64,000 bases of DNA from Raillietiella orientalis (Eukaryota): NCBI GenBank assembly GCA_036172245.1, contig JAYWIR010000024.1, positions 2,914,001 to 2,978,000 of the forward strand. Direction: 5' to 3'. The notes under the pieces were generated by a model. The model made no database searches. It saw nothing but the letters and a program-made list of their open reading frames with translations, and was not told where the DNA came from. How positions within the stretch are numbered: the first letter of the stretch is position 1; every line of letters begins with the position of its first letter. Shown one piece after another: positions 12,101-22,450 of this stretch. Position numbers and translations under genes: made by a program.

Positions 12101-12733
12101 TGCTGCTTCCCCCTTTCGCCGCTGCAGGTGCGGATGGCGGTACGGTCGTTCCTGGAAAGGCACGTCAACGTCCCCGGGGGTACTGCCCAGCACCACGCTT
12201 TCGTCCTGTCACCTCAGGATCGTTCCTCCCCACCTCTTCAGTTCGCCGGTTGCACCCGCGTTCGTTCCCGGTGCCCTCGCTGACCACGCAGACCCCTCAC
12301 ATAGACTCACGCATCCTTCGAACGCAGCACGAATGCTCTTCCCCTACCTCCTCCAATGGGGAGATGCCCTGCGGCGGGGCGCGAAACGAAGTGCCCCCCT
12401 CGTGGAAAACGAGGACGGTGGTGTCCCTGACGACAAGAGCAGGTGGGAGAAAACGGGCTACGGAGCTGAGCGAGGATCCTCCAAGACAGGTGCTGCCGCC
12501 TCTGGGACTTTCCGCGAACTGCTTATCGCCAGCGCACCTACCGGCCGACAGATCCCCTCTTTGGCGGTGGCGGCGCTGCTTATCAGTCCGAGCGCGGTGG
12601 GCTTCCGGCCTGCGAGTGCTCCTTCTGGCGGCGCCTCCAGATGCAGACTTTCTTACGGAAAATGGCTCAGCTGCAACGGAGAGTTGTCGCTCCAAAAACA
12701 CGGGGCACCACTTCTCTCCTTCCCACGCGGGTG

Positions 12734-13925
12734 ACTCGCGCCTCCCTTTGGCTTACCTTAAGACAACGCACGCCCTTCTCCGCCACGCACGCCAGCGGAC
12801 GCTGCCCCGACGGGCTTGCCCTCCCACGCGCCCCACAACAACCCTCCCGCGCCTGTGCGGCCGCATGCACCCTTCGCGCTTCCCCACCCCGGCGCCCTCC
12901 GACGCTCTTCCGCCCCCTTTCATTCCGTCTCGGGGCTGGCGCGCCTCTTCCCGCGAAGCGCGACCGCGCCGACAGAAGAGGGAGAGAAAGAGAGGTCCGG
13001 GTGTCGAAAAACCGCGACATCCGCAGCCTCCCGGCCCGTTTCCGCCGCGCAGGGGCAGAGCGAGTCCGCTTGCGAAACTCACGCGCACGCCCCCTTCTCC
13101 GCCTCCTCCCCTCTCTCCTCCTCCGGAGGTCCCGAGAGCACCGCGCGCGGAAGCCATTGCATTAATCGACCCTGGAAGCGGCGGCAGCGAAGAACGGGAG
13201 GAACAGGATGCTGCGCTCCGACCGCGATGCGCGCGTCTCTTCTCGCCTTCCTCCTCCTCCTCCTCCTCCTTTCCGTCCTTCCCACCCCCCACGCACGCTC
13301 GCGCGAGCCCTTCCCCGAGCCGAAGCGCGCCCGCGCCGCCCGCCCGCCCCACCCTCGCACCCCGAGCGGCGGTGGCGGCGAGGTAGTTCCGAGAGCAGCG
13401 CGCAGATGGCGCTGGGACGCCGGATCTCTCGCAGCCGGCCGGCCAGCCTCTGCCTGCCTTCCTCCCTTCCCCGACGATCCATTTCTCTTCGTCATCCCTT
13501 CCGCCCCTCCCCTCCCCTCCCCCTTCGTCCGCCGGTACTTCTTCCGCATACGTGGATTGCAGGCTCCCTGTCGAAGTGGAAACCGAGCAGCACGAGTGCC
13601 CGCTGACGCGCGTAAATTACGGCAAGTGACAAACGGGCAAGCGGAGAGCACGGGCGTTCGTCCCAAGTCCCTGAACGCTCTTCGGGAGCCTTTTGTCATC
13701 TGCGATCCGGGATTTCGGTTTCTTTTCCTCCTCCTCCTCCTTCTTCTTCCTTCCGGTTTCTCCGGTGACGACGCTCGCGGGAAACGGCGGGAATCTCGTG
13801 ACGGCGGTCTCCCCGCCTGTCGTCGGACGGGGACGGGAAGCGGCGCGCTCTTCCATCTAGCGGTCTCCGCACGAACGAATCGGGTTCCGGGGGAAACCGG
13901 CAGATCGAGCGAGTGTCTCGGCGCT
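12734..13925 (+). repeat. 1.19-kb direct duplication, copy 2
   Basis: Matches 7931-9122; similarity collapses immediately beyond ...tcggcgct at the right end. Confidence 0.97.
13227..13382 (+). CDS. Candidate first coding exon encoding a signal peptide (copy 2)
   Basis: Same as 8424-8579 except one T>S change (HARTRE vs HARSRE). Confidence 0.35.
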
Positions 13926-15166
13926 ACCTCAACTCTGCGGAGGCAAACCATGTGACCGCATTCTCCCAGTGAGGTATTGCGGTCAAACAGCGCGCACGCC
14001 ATGTGGGTGAAGCCGATCTGCGCTTCGATGGGACCAACTGGGACGCTGCTCGAGATCCACTGCAGCATCTGCGACAGGGGTTCTCTTGGATCCACCGGAT
14101 GTTCTCCTCCGGCGCTTCCACGCCCGCCGCCAACGGCGCACCCTTCCCTCGTGGTGCTTTTCCTTGCCTGCTCGAAGGAGCGAACGTCGCGTCAAAGATC
14201 CGGGATGAGCACCACCGAGCCATACCGTCGGAGCTGCTCCGCCTCGTCTCCCCCGCCGAAGTCCAGGCGTCCGCTCACGCGTCCGACTACAGGGACGCGG
14301 AGAGGACGCCTGGACTTCGGAGCAGCCGAGGGGTCTGCTGATTGGGTTTGCCGAAATCGCTGTAGGGCCCATCGGGCGGTTTTCCGGGACGTGGAAGCAA
14401 AAAACCGGAAGTGGTCGCCCGGTCTGCCTTCGATGGGGCAGCTTCTCGTTCCCCTTCCCTTCGTTCGGAGGCTGACCGTTCGCAGACGCGGGTGCCCTAC
14501 CGTTTGGGCGTCGAATCCGGCCGGTGGTGTGCGGGAGATGCGGGAGGATTGGGAAGAAGGCGGAGTCCCGGAAGAGAGCTTTCCCGCGGGGCTCCTCCCC
14601 CTAGTCGCTCGGGGCGTTCGCACACTTCCGGCGAGGACGCGGGAGCCAAGCTGGCGCTCTTCAGGAAAGGCGAGGAGTTCCGGGGAGCTTGTACTGCCAG
14701 CGCGTCGGTCTCCTCCGGGGGTGGGGGGAACGCTCTCTGCCCACAGGAGGGAAGCACCGCCTGCGACAGCGCCCATCTGCTCGCCAGCCTCGCCGCCGAT
14801 GGGGGCGACTAGGAAGGAGAAGCTGGCGAGACCATGGTCTCCCGGTCGCCCTCGAAGGGCGGGAGCCTGTCGCGACCTCCTGCTCGTCCCGGAGGGAAGC
14901 CCAGACCGTGCGCGCTGGACACCTTGGCCGTGGCCCTCGAAGGGGAGAAGTGGAAGAGAGAATGATTCCCTCCCTCCCGCACGCGAGGTCACCGGATCGT
15001 AGGGGAACGGGAAAAAAGGGGGTCGGGGAGAGCATGCGAGGGAACCGTCGGCACTCCCAGCTCCCTTCCTTCCTTATGAGAAGAGGGAAGGGAACGGCGG
15101 TAGGGCGTTTCCTTCCGGACAAGGGGAAGGGAAGAGGTTGGCTTGTCCGACAGCTTTTTTCTTTTT

Positions 15167-15195
15167 CGCAGCGCGTTCACAGATGGCAGCACGGC
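15167..15195 (+). promoter_or_regulatory. 29-bp element with CTCF-like core (copy 1)
   Basis: cgcagcgcgttcacagatggcagcacggc, exact copy at 15704-15732; CAGATGGCAGCA resembles the metazoan CTCF core. Confidence 0.45.
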
Positions 15196-15703
15196 TCCCA
15201 AATGGCTGCTCTTCTCCCCCCAGAGGTGTCAGAGAGGCGGTGGAGGAACCCCAGGAAGCACTGTGACAGGAAGATGAAGGATGAGGGCGCGTTTCTCCCT
15301 GCTCCCCCACCTGCAGCCTCCCAATCATGAGAGGAGAACCTCCTGCTACGCGGTCCAGACGCAAAGCCGCCAGCCTCGAGGGAACCCAAGGCAATCCCGC
15401 GCTCTGGGGTAAGGAGGACGGGTGGCGACCTCGTGATCCGTCGAGAGGCAGGGTGAACGCCCCGCGGACTCGAAAGGCGGTCGCCTCTGCCGGAAGCGAA
15501 GCTTCGCGAATGGAAGACAAAAAAGGGGAAACGGGGGAGTGGGGAGGGAATGAGTGACGTCCCGGGGGACTCCCGGGACGCCGGACGGAAACGGAAGGGC
15601 GCTGCGGCCGAACCGCTTGAGAGGAACAAGGCTGGCCGCAGGCAGTCGCGCCCGCCGTCACGCAGTGGAAGCCGTGGCGGGCTACTCGCGGCGGACTCGG
15701 TTC

Positions 15704-15732
15704 CGCAGCGCGTTCACAGATGGCAGCACGGC
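15704..15732 (+). promoter_or_regulatory. 29-bp element with CTCF-like core (copy 2)
   Basis: Exact direct repeat of 15167-15195; flanks unrelated. Confidence 0.45.
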
Positions 15733-15982
15733 GTCCTCGCAGGGAGGTTGCTCCATCCGCCGAGGACGGAAGCGCGCCAGCGCACACATCGGATGGGGGT
15801 CAAAAGGCGGTCGACGACGGGGTCGCATCGCCGCCATCCGGAAACGCGGGAAGGGCACGTAAGGCGAAGCAATCGCCCTCACCTCCCCCCCCCTTCTCTT
15901 CCCTTCCCTTCCCTTCCTTCGGGAAGAGGGAGAGGCGCAGAGTCACCGGCTTGGAAAAATAGGCACCATCAGCTCGTCCGTC

Positions 15983-15988
15983 TTTATT
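15983..15988 (-). terminator. Polyadenylation signal of RGM gene
   Basis: AATAAA on the - strand ~115 nt past the RGM stop codon, in otherwise GC-rich sequence. Confidence 0.65.
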
Positions 15989-16103
15989 CGCAACAAAAAA
16001 TATCGATCTGGGAGCCCTCGGAGGAGAGGGCGGCGTCCGGGGAGGGGGGGAGGGAAAGGGCAGGGAGGAGGCACCCGGAGGAGTGTGGGGCCGCGCGGCT
16101 TGA

Positions 16104-17309
16104 CTAGAAAACCCGGAGAGCGAGTAAGAGGGCGAGGAGGGCGGTGACGGCGGCGGAGGGGTCAGTGGGCCTCCCGGGCCCGCTACCCACGTATGCCTCC
16201 ACCTCCGTGCGGTTGGAGAGGAAGCTGGCGCCGCGGGGGTCCAGGCGGAAGTGGTCCTGCTGGGCGTGGCGCACGGCCAGGGAGAAGCGGGGGTCGCCCT
16301 TGCTGAGGACGTCGAAGAGGCAGGCGTCGAAGTAGAGGTCGCGGAGGCCGTGCTTGGCGCAGGCCGCGCGGGCGTCCGGCTCGAGGAGAGGCGATCGGTC
16401 CGGGAGGGCGTGGACGCGCTCGCGAACGGGGCACCCGCCGAGGCACAGCTGCTGGGGTCCCCCGGAGAGGGCGAGGCTGCGGGGCATACGGATGGCCACG
16501 TTGAGGGAGGAGTGCTGGCGCCGCAGCAGCAGCGTGGTGGCGGCGTGCGCCAGCCGCAGCTCCACTGCGCTACCGGGCTCCACATCCACCAACCACACCG
16601 TGCGGTTGCGTCGCGAGCGGGCGCTGCCGTCGAGGAAGGCGGGCGGCAGGGGGGCGTCGCTGCTGGCCTCGTAGACCTTGGTCGCCGTGCAGCCCGGCCG
16701 CTCACGCACCAGCACCACCACTTTCGAGGCCGCGGTGGCGCCCCCAGGCGCCACCTCGGTGTTGGTAGCCTGCACGGCGAAGAAGCGGTTGTCCACTAGG
16801 GGCCACGCGCCCACCGTCCGACAGGTCACGTGCAACCCGTCGAAGGTCAGCACGTGGGGCTCCCCGAACACGCTGCAGTAGGCGTGGGAGGGGGACGTGG
16901 TGCCATCGGAATCGGGGTGGTAGCGGGGGCAGCTGTCGGGCTCAGTGAGGAGGGGGCGGGGCTCGGACAGGCGCTTGGCGCAGTCCTTGCGTTGCATCAC
17001 GGCGCTAAGCATGCTGATCATGGAATGGTAGTTTATGTTGCCCCGGCAACGGCGGTCCGTGGAGCGCACGCACTCGGAGTAGTTCTGCAGCAGGTGGCAC
17101 TCGCGCCAGGAGTTGGCTCTCGCGTGCTTCTTGTGACCCCTGGCGCGCTCGTACTGCACCGTGCACTCCTGCAGCCGACACTCCCCCCGGGCGACCCGGC
17201 GTCCGGGGGGCGCAGGGGGGGGAGAGGCACCTCGGGCAAGGGAAAACAGCGCCACAGCCACCAACAGCACCAGCGTGCCACCGCGAGAGGCGGCGCCCGC
17301 GGCCGCCAT
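16104..17309 (-). CDS. RGM: Repulsive guidance molecule / hemojuvelin family GPI-anchored BMP co-receptor (401 aa, intronless CDS)
   Basis: Signal peptide MAAAG..TLVLLVAVALFSLARG; RGM-N domain C..L..Y..C......CRGNINYHS..........C; RGM-C/vWD-like CSVFGEPHVLTFDG...TC...GAWPLVDN.F.VQATN, LCLGGCP..E, DLYFDACLFDVL..GD..F; hydrophobic GPI-type C-terminus. Start taken as ATG 17309. The ORF-track extension to 17768 runs through an intron (acceptor tcttgcag at 17433-17440, donor gtgag at 17761-17765). Confidence 0.93.
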   Translation of the reverse strand: MAAAGAASRGGTLVLLVAVALFSLARGASPPPAPPGRRVARGECRLQECTVQYERARGHKKHARANSWRECHLLQNYSECVRSTDRRCRGNINYHSMISMLSAVMQRKDCAKRLSEPRPLLTEPDSCPRYHPDSDGTTSPSHAYCSVFGEPHVLTFDGLHVTCRTVGAWPLVDNRFFAVQATNTEVAPGGATAASKVVVLVRERPGCTATKVYEASSDAPLPPAFLDGSARSRRNRTVWLVDVEPGSAVELRLAHAATTLLLRRQHSSLNVAIRMPRSLALSGGPQQLCLGGCPVRERVHALPDRSPLLEPDARAACAKHGLRDLYFDACLFDVLSKGDPRFSLAVRHAQQDHFRLDPRGASFLSNRTEVEAYVGSGPGRPTDPSAAVTALLALLLALRVF

Positions 17310-17407
17310 CAGGAACCGCGGCGCGGGCGCGCCCGTTCCGTCGTCGTCTTCGTCTTCTTCGTCTTCGTCGTCGACGGCGGCGTCGTCGCCGTCGCCGTCG
17401 TCACCAT
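17309..17407 (-). other. Upstream ORF (32 aa) whose TGA overlaps the RGM ATG
   Basis: ATG at 17407 (ttccATGG) reads MVTTATATTPPSTTKTKKTKTTTERARPRRGS and stops in TGATG, sharing the A with the RGM start codon. Confidence 0.55.
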
Positions 17408-17432
17408 GGAAACCGTTACGGGCAACCAGCAG

Positions 17433-17765
17433 CTGCAAGAGAAAGAGGGAGGGAGAGAGATGGGGAGATGCTTTGGGAGAACGCCTGCGCTCCGCCCCTC
17501 CCACCCACCCCACACGGGCCCCGTAGCCCACCTCCCATGCCGGCGGCGCGCGCGCGCGCTGCCGCCGCCCGACACCACCGACGCCACCGCGGCGGCGCGC
17601 AGCCACCCGCGCACGCGGCCGAGCGCTCCGCACTGCGCCGGCGGACTGCGGCGCGCCCTCCCTCGCAGCGCGCGCGCGCGCGCGCGCACCTCTCGCGGCG
17701 GCGGCGGAGGCAGCGCGCGCGCCCGGCGCAGTAAGCTCGTCGCCGCGCGCGCGGGCGAGTCTCAC
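17433..17765 (-). other. 5'-UTR intron of RGM gene
   Basis: - strand donor GTG|gtgagac at 17765 and polypyrimidine acceptor tctccctccctctttctcttgcag ending at 17433. An in-frame TAA at 17799-17801 in the upstream exon makes that exon non-coding for RGM. Confidence 0.55.
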
Positions 17766-19899
17766 CACCGGCGGCGGGGGACGCGCGGGACGGTTTAATT
17801 AGCCGCCACCTGACCTCTCTCGCCCGAGGGAGGGGGAAGCGCTTGCTCGCGCTCGCGCGGGCGGGCGGGCGAGCAGGCAGGCAAGCCCAGGTCCAGGCGC
17901 TGGGCGAGCGAACACGAAGCCGCGCGGGGCGCAGGCCGCGAAGGCGCAGCAGCGGTCCACCCTGCTGCTCCTCCTCTCCGGGAGGGGCGCTGCGGGCGAA
18001 GGGAGGGGCCGGGCGCGATGCCCGCTCCTCCGGGGGGAGGGCGCGGGAAGAGGGAGATGGGCGCACACAGTACACACACACGCACACACGGGCGGCAGCA
18101 GGGGCGCAGTGCTCCGGGACGCAGGGAGCGCTCGCACGGAATCAGCCGGGACGCCGCCGCCGCCTGGCGACGCCGCCGCGGTACCACGCAGGCTGGGAGT
18201 CCCGGCGGCAGCGGCGGGAAGCCTCGCCTGATCGATTGCGTGCGCCGCCCGCCGCCGCCGCCGCCGCCGCTCGCCCACGGGAGGAACGGAGGGAGAGGGG
18301 GAGGGGGACGAGGAGGAGACCGCGATGGCGGCGGCGCCTGCCCACGCGCGCACCGCCCGCATCCCTCCCTTGCTTCGCTCCTCCTCCTTCCCCCCCCTTC
18401 CCGGATGAACGGGATGAGACATCCGGGAAGAAGGGCAGAGCGCCTCCCTGCACTTCCGTCGTTCCCTTCCTTCCCCGTCCACCGACGCGGAGGAGGAGGT
18501 GCGGTCGCCGCTTATCGGTCTCACCCCCCCCCCCTCCCTACCTTGCCCGACGCCCCACGATAAGACGAGCGCGCGCTCCCATCGGGCACTCCTCTCCCCC
18601 GGGAGGCGAAGGGACCCGGCGCTTGCACAAGGCTCGGGAGTCGGGGAAGGGGCGAACGCGCGCCGGGCTGCCGCGCAGGGAGCCGTCTCCACGGGAACCA
18701 GCTTTCTCGGGCGGGGGGGAGAGCGACGGAAAGGGCGCCGCCACCCGTGCTGGTCGTTTCCCGTGAGGGGCCCCCCGCGGTGGAGCCTTCTTGCGCGTCC
18801 TTCTGGGTCTTCGCGGCGACTGGCAGGCTGGGGGATTTCCCCCGGCAACGTGGTCGCTTCCTCGCGACGGAGATGGGAGGGGCGGCCCCCTCCCGGGAGA
18901 CTGCCGCGCCCGTAGACCGTGGAAACCGTGGTCGGGTCCGGAGGCTGGGACACGCGGGAAGCACCGGGGTGCGGAGGGGTCACGGAGGACCGCGCGTCTC
19001 CAGGAGACGCTCTCCCCCTCCCCCCCATTCCATCGCGGGGGCCTCCTCCGGGGCGTAACGAAGTGAAGACCGCGCCTCGGACAGGCCGGTGGTCTTCTCC
19101 CGGGGTCGTGCTCATCGTCGCACCCACCCCCTGGGAAAGGAAGGGGGGGTCGGAAGGGCGAGCGCGGGCGCAGAGGCGCACTTCCGGTCCTACCCCCCCT
19201 CGCGACCCCTCCGGGCGGTCGTCCTTGCCCTCGCGTGCGCGAATGGGGAGGGGGAGGGAAGGGGCGCGACCGCAGAGGAGGTGCCCGGCGGGAACCACCA
19301 CCACCACCGCGCGCGCGAGGGAGACGTGACGGATGTGGCGCCGCTGTTAATTAGGCCGGTCGCGCAGCAACCGGCCGGCGTAAATCTCGCGCGCGTCGGC
19401 GGCGTTGCTGGAGCGACGGCGGCCGGCACCCGAGGCCGGCCGGGCCGATGGGACCGCGCGCGCCCGCTGCCGCCGACCGGCCAGCGGCGGCGACTCTGCC
19501 GGCCGCCGCTGCCGCGGGGGGAGGAGGAAGAGAGGGGAGGAACGACCAGCCTATGCTGCTTTCCTGGAATTCGGTTACCCTTGGTGATGGAGCGTGAAGG
19601 AGCCGCGGGGAGCGAGAGAGAGCGGGCATCGGGCAAATGAGGACCGACAGGCACTTGTATGGAAGTGTCAAAAACACGTTCATTTATTACGGAGCGGGGT
19701 CACGCAGCTGGGAATGGCCTCGGGGCGTGCACCTGAGAGCGAGCGGGCGGGAGAGAGGAGGAGGGGACGCGCGCGCGTCGGTCGGAGGCGCCCGAGGCGC
19801 GTGTGCTGGCCCTTCTGGAGAGATGAGGGGGGTGAGCGAGGAGGGGAGCGGGTGCGTCGGGGCTGCCCCGCCCGGTGGTCCCGAAGGGGGACTCTCACG

Positions 19900-22450
19900 G
19901 GCGGGGGAGGAGACGCGTCGAAGAGGCCCCTCTCAGCGGTGGCTGTCGGGAGAAAGCGAGGAGGACCTGTGGAAGGGAGGGTCCTCGTCCCCGACGGCGA
20001 CGCGAGATCCCCTCTGCCAAGGGAACGGCCCCGTGGGGAACTTCCGGCCCCTGGAGGGGGATACCCCAGGGGGAGCAGGCAGGGGGGGAGATAGCAGGCG
20101 TTGCCGGGGCCGGGCAGTATTCTCGGCCGTATATTGCGTCGCGTCGCCGGGGAGGGCGTGGCGTGGGAAGGGGGGGACCCTTGAAGATGACCCTCGCCCT
20201 AGCCCCCACCACCGTGCATCGTCTTCCGAGGATTCTTCTTCCCCCCACCCTTCACCCGCTCAAGCGGGAACCCACGGCGAACCGACCGTTGCCACGGAGA
20301 CCGCCTTCCCGCCGCCGTCGAGAGGCGTGGTGGCGAGCACGGGTCGACACCCGAAGGGAGGTGGGAGGAAGTCGTCCGGGTAGCGGTCTTCCCCCAAGGT
20401 TGTTGTTCCCTGGCATCCGTCGCCGCCGCCGCGGGCAGTTCCTCCGAAACGAACGAGGAAGCCGCTGATGGCGCGGCGAGGAAGCTGTGCCCCCCCCCCC
20501 TCCCCCAGCTCCACCTCTTCGGCCCTCGCGAAGCTGCTGGCGGTTCTTCCCTGGAGTTCCTGGGTCATCATCTCCCCTTTGGATTCAGCGGCACCGCCGC
20601 TCCCTTAGGGCCGTGGGGAACGCCTGCGGGTTGCCATGGGGAAAGGGAAATGCTGGTCAGGTCGCCGACCGTAGGCAGAGGACCGACGGGCGCCCCCCGG
20701 CAAAACTCATCCGTTTTGCCGGGGCAGGGAGGTTCTTCGAGGCTGGTCAAGGAGGAAGGGGGGATCGACTGCAGGGATTGACTTCGCCCTCGGAATTCGT
20801 CGAGCGACCCTTGGCGCCCCGACGCCGTGAACTCGGGGAAGCGCTCCCGTATCAGGTGACCCCCGGATCCGAGGTCTCCCTCTCCTGACCGATAGGGGCT
20901 GCCCGAGGTCGGGGAGGAACGCCCATGGGCGATGACCGCCTCCCCGCTGCGGTCGACCTCGGTCCCCCCTTCTTTTCGTCCACACAATTTTCCCTTCCCT
21001 CGGGGGGACCGCCGACGACCCCGGGACGCGCCGGCGTCCCTTGCCTGTTGCCGGCTCGGATGCGTCTCCCCTCCACCCCCTTCCTTTCCCCTAGCCCTCC
21101 CTCGGGGCGAACCCGGCGGTGTCACGAAGAAGGCGGCAGGCAAAGCAGCAGAGCCACGAGGGCAACCGGACGGCAGGGTGGGCTGACCCCGGGGATGGAT
21201 TCGCCCGGGGGTGGGAGAGCGGCAGCGCCAAGGGAAGCGCCCCCTCTTCGGTGTTCGGACCTTCTGCCTGGAGGCATCGTCAGCCAGGGAAGAGGGGCGA
21301 AAGGCAGGCAGTCCCCGTGGCTCCGAGGACGTCGGAAGGACGGGGCCCTTGGGCAAAGCCGCCCGGGCGGAACCAGCAGGGGATCCTTGAGGGGGGATCT
21401 CTCGATACATCGGGGTACGACCCCCTCCGAGGATGCATGAGGTCGCGAGGTGCGGCGGTCGAGCACGTGAAAGAGCTGCTAGGAGCCTGGCGAGACCAGA
21501 ACCTTCCGGGGGGAGGAGGACCCGTGCCCCCTCCCCGTGAGATCCGGGGTCCGACGCTCTCCCTCGCTTCTCGCGTGCGCGGGAGGGGTGGGGGAGGGGG
21601 ACGTCGGCTTCACGGACGGGAAGGCGGGCGCCGGCACGGAACGCCTGGAGCGACAGGGATTTTTCCCTCCTTGCGAAAGAGGGGAAGAGCCTTCGGCCGC
21701 GCGCGTTTCGTTCGCTCCGCGAGATTCCGGACCGACCCTTGGCGGGACATACGCGCCGAAGGGCAGGCCGGAGACTTGGCGGGACGCGGAGACCGGCCGG
21801 CTCCGCATCTCGCGGGGCCGGCCGGATTCAGAAGGGCCGCGCGGTCCGCCGTCATCCCGCTCTCAGGCACAGGGTCGGAGAGCAGGGCTGAGCGCGCAGG
21901 GACACCAGCGAGCCCGGGTGGACCAGGGAGGGCGAAGGGGGGGAGAGCGGCACAGTCGCTTCCTCCGGGGATGCCGCGGAGCGGGGAGGTTTCCTAGGCG
22001 ACGGAGCCGAGCCGAGCGGGCAGCTGGCTGGTGCTCTCGCGACCCTCCGCCTCTCTCCGGTTGCCAGGCGACTCAGGTCGGTCTCCTCCTCCCGTGCGAG
22101 CCCGGAGCGCCTGGGTCCGGCCCCCGGGCTTGGATGGTCCCGGCCTCTGCGGTGACTCAGAGTCTCCCTGGGTTTCTGATCTCCACCCCTGGATCCGCTC
22201 GCGGTAGGGGGGTCGGGAGGGGGAGGGCGGCCAAGGAAGTCGCGCCGGCGCCTCTGCCTAAAGGAACGAAAGTCCCTCCGGGAGCTTCCGGGGACCTTCG
22301 ACGCCCATCCCAGCCTCGGGTGGCGGCGATGCTCGCGGAGGCGTTCCGCCTCCTCCTCCGGGAGCGCTGCCAGAGGGCAGACCGGGGGTTCTGCTTGCCT
22401 CCTCCGCCAGGGGTCCTTTCCGGCTTGGCTACCGCTGCCGGATGGAAGTC
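19900..22450 (-). mobile_element. Decayed Vingi/ingi-like LINE (RT region)
   Basis: - strand remnants in order: EIP, PAFRPSSL (cf. SFRPISLL), IHPRGQ (cf. LIPEQ), AGVPHG (cf. GVPQG), NPRKT, WGIPLQ (cf. LGI.LD). Ends uncertain. Confidence 0.45.

Larger units (their letters stand above)
10050..14700 (+). mobile_element. Decayed near-full-length Vingi/ingi-like LINE containing duplication copy 2
   Basis: APE remnants GDFRS (~10318), ARW..SNPASFTS (cf. RW..GYNPDL.F.S), PVIPRSSPRP (cf. PIP.TQHRP), TILRG. RT remnants WRK..VPAL..IPG, PAFV....DPSHRL, ENGL..PPRQVLPP, YGKW..CN..PKT, AYLKTTHA. After the insert: LGATSTLR, EYC-like gaggtattgc, NSAHA..V, GCSPPAL, GLRSSR, YRLGVESGRWC. Confidence 0.6.

Noticed and set aside
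7931..13925. The two 1.19-kb repeats as LTRs of an LTR retrotransposon
   Set aside because: No TG...CA termini, PBS, PPT or target-site duplication seen; the interior holds LINE remnants, not gag-pol.
17310..17768. 554-aa version of RGM from the ORF track
   Set aside because: It starts at a GTG and runs through a clear intron; the signal peptide begins at ATG 17309.
17799..19307. 502-aa - strand ORF
   Set aside because: Arg/Pro/Gly/Ala-rich, no domain, overlapped by long ORFs in other frames.
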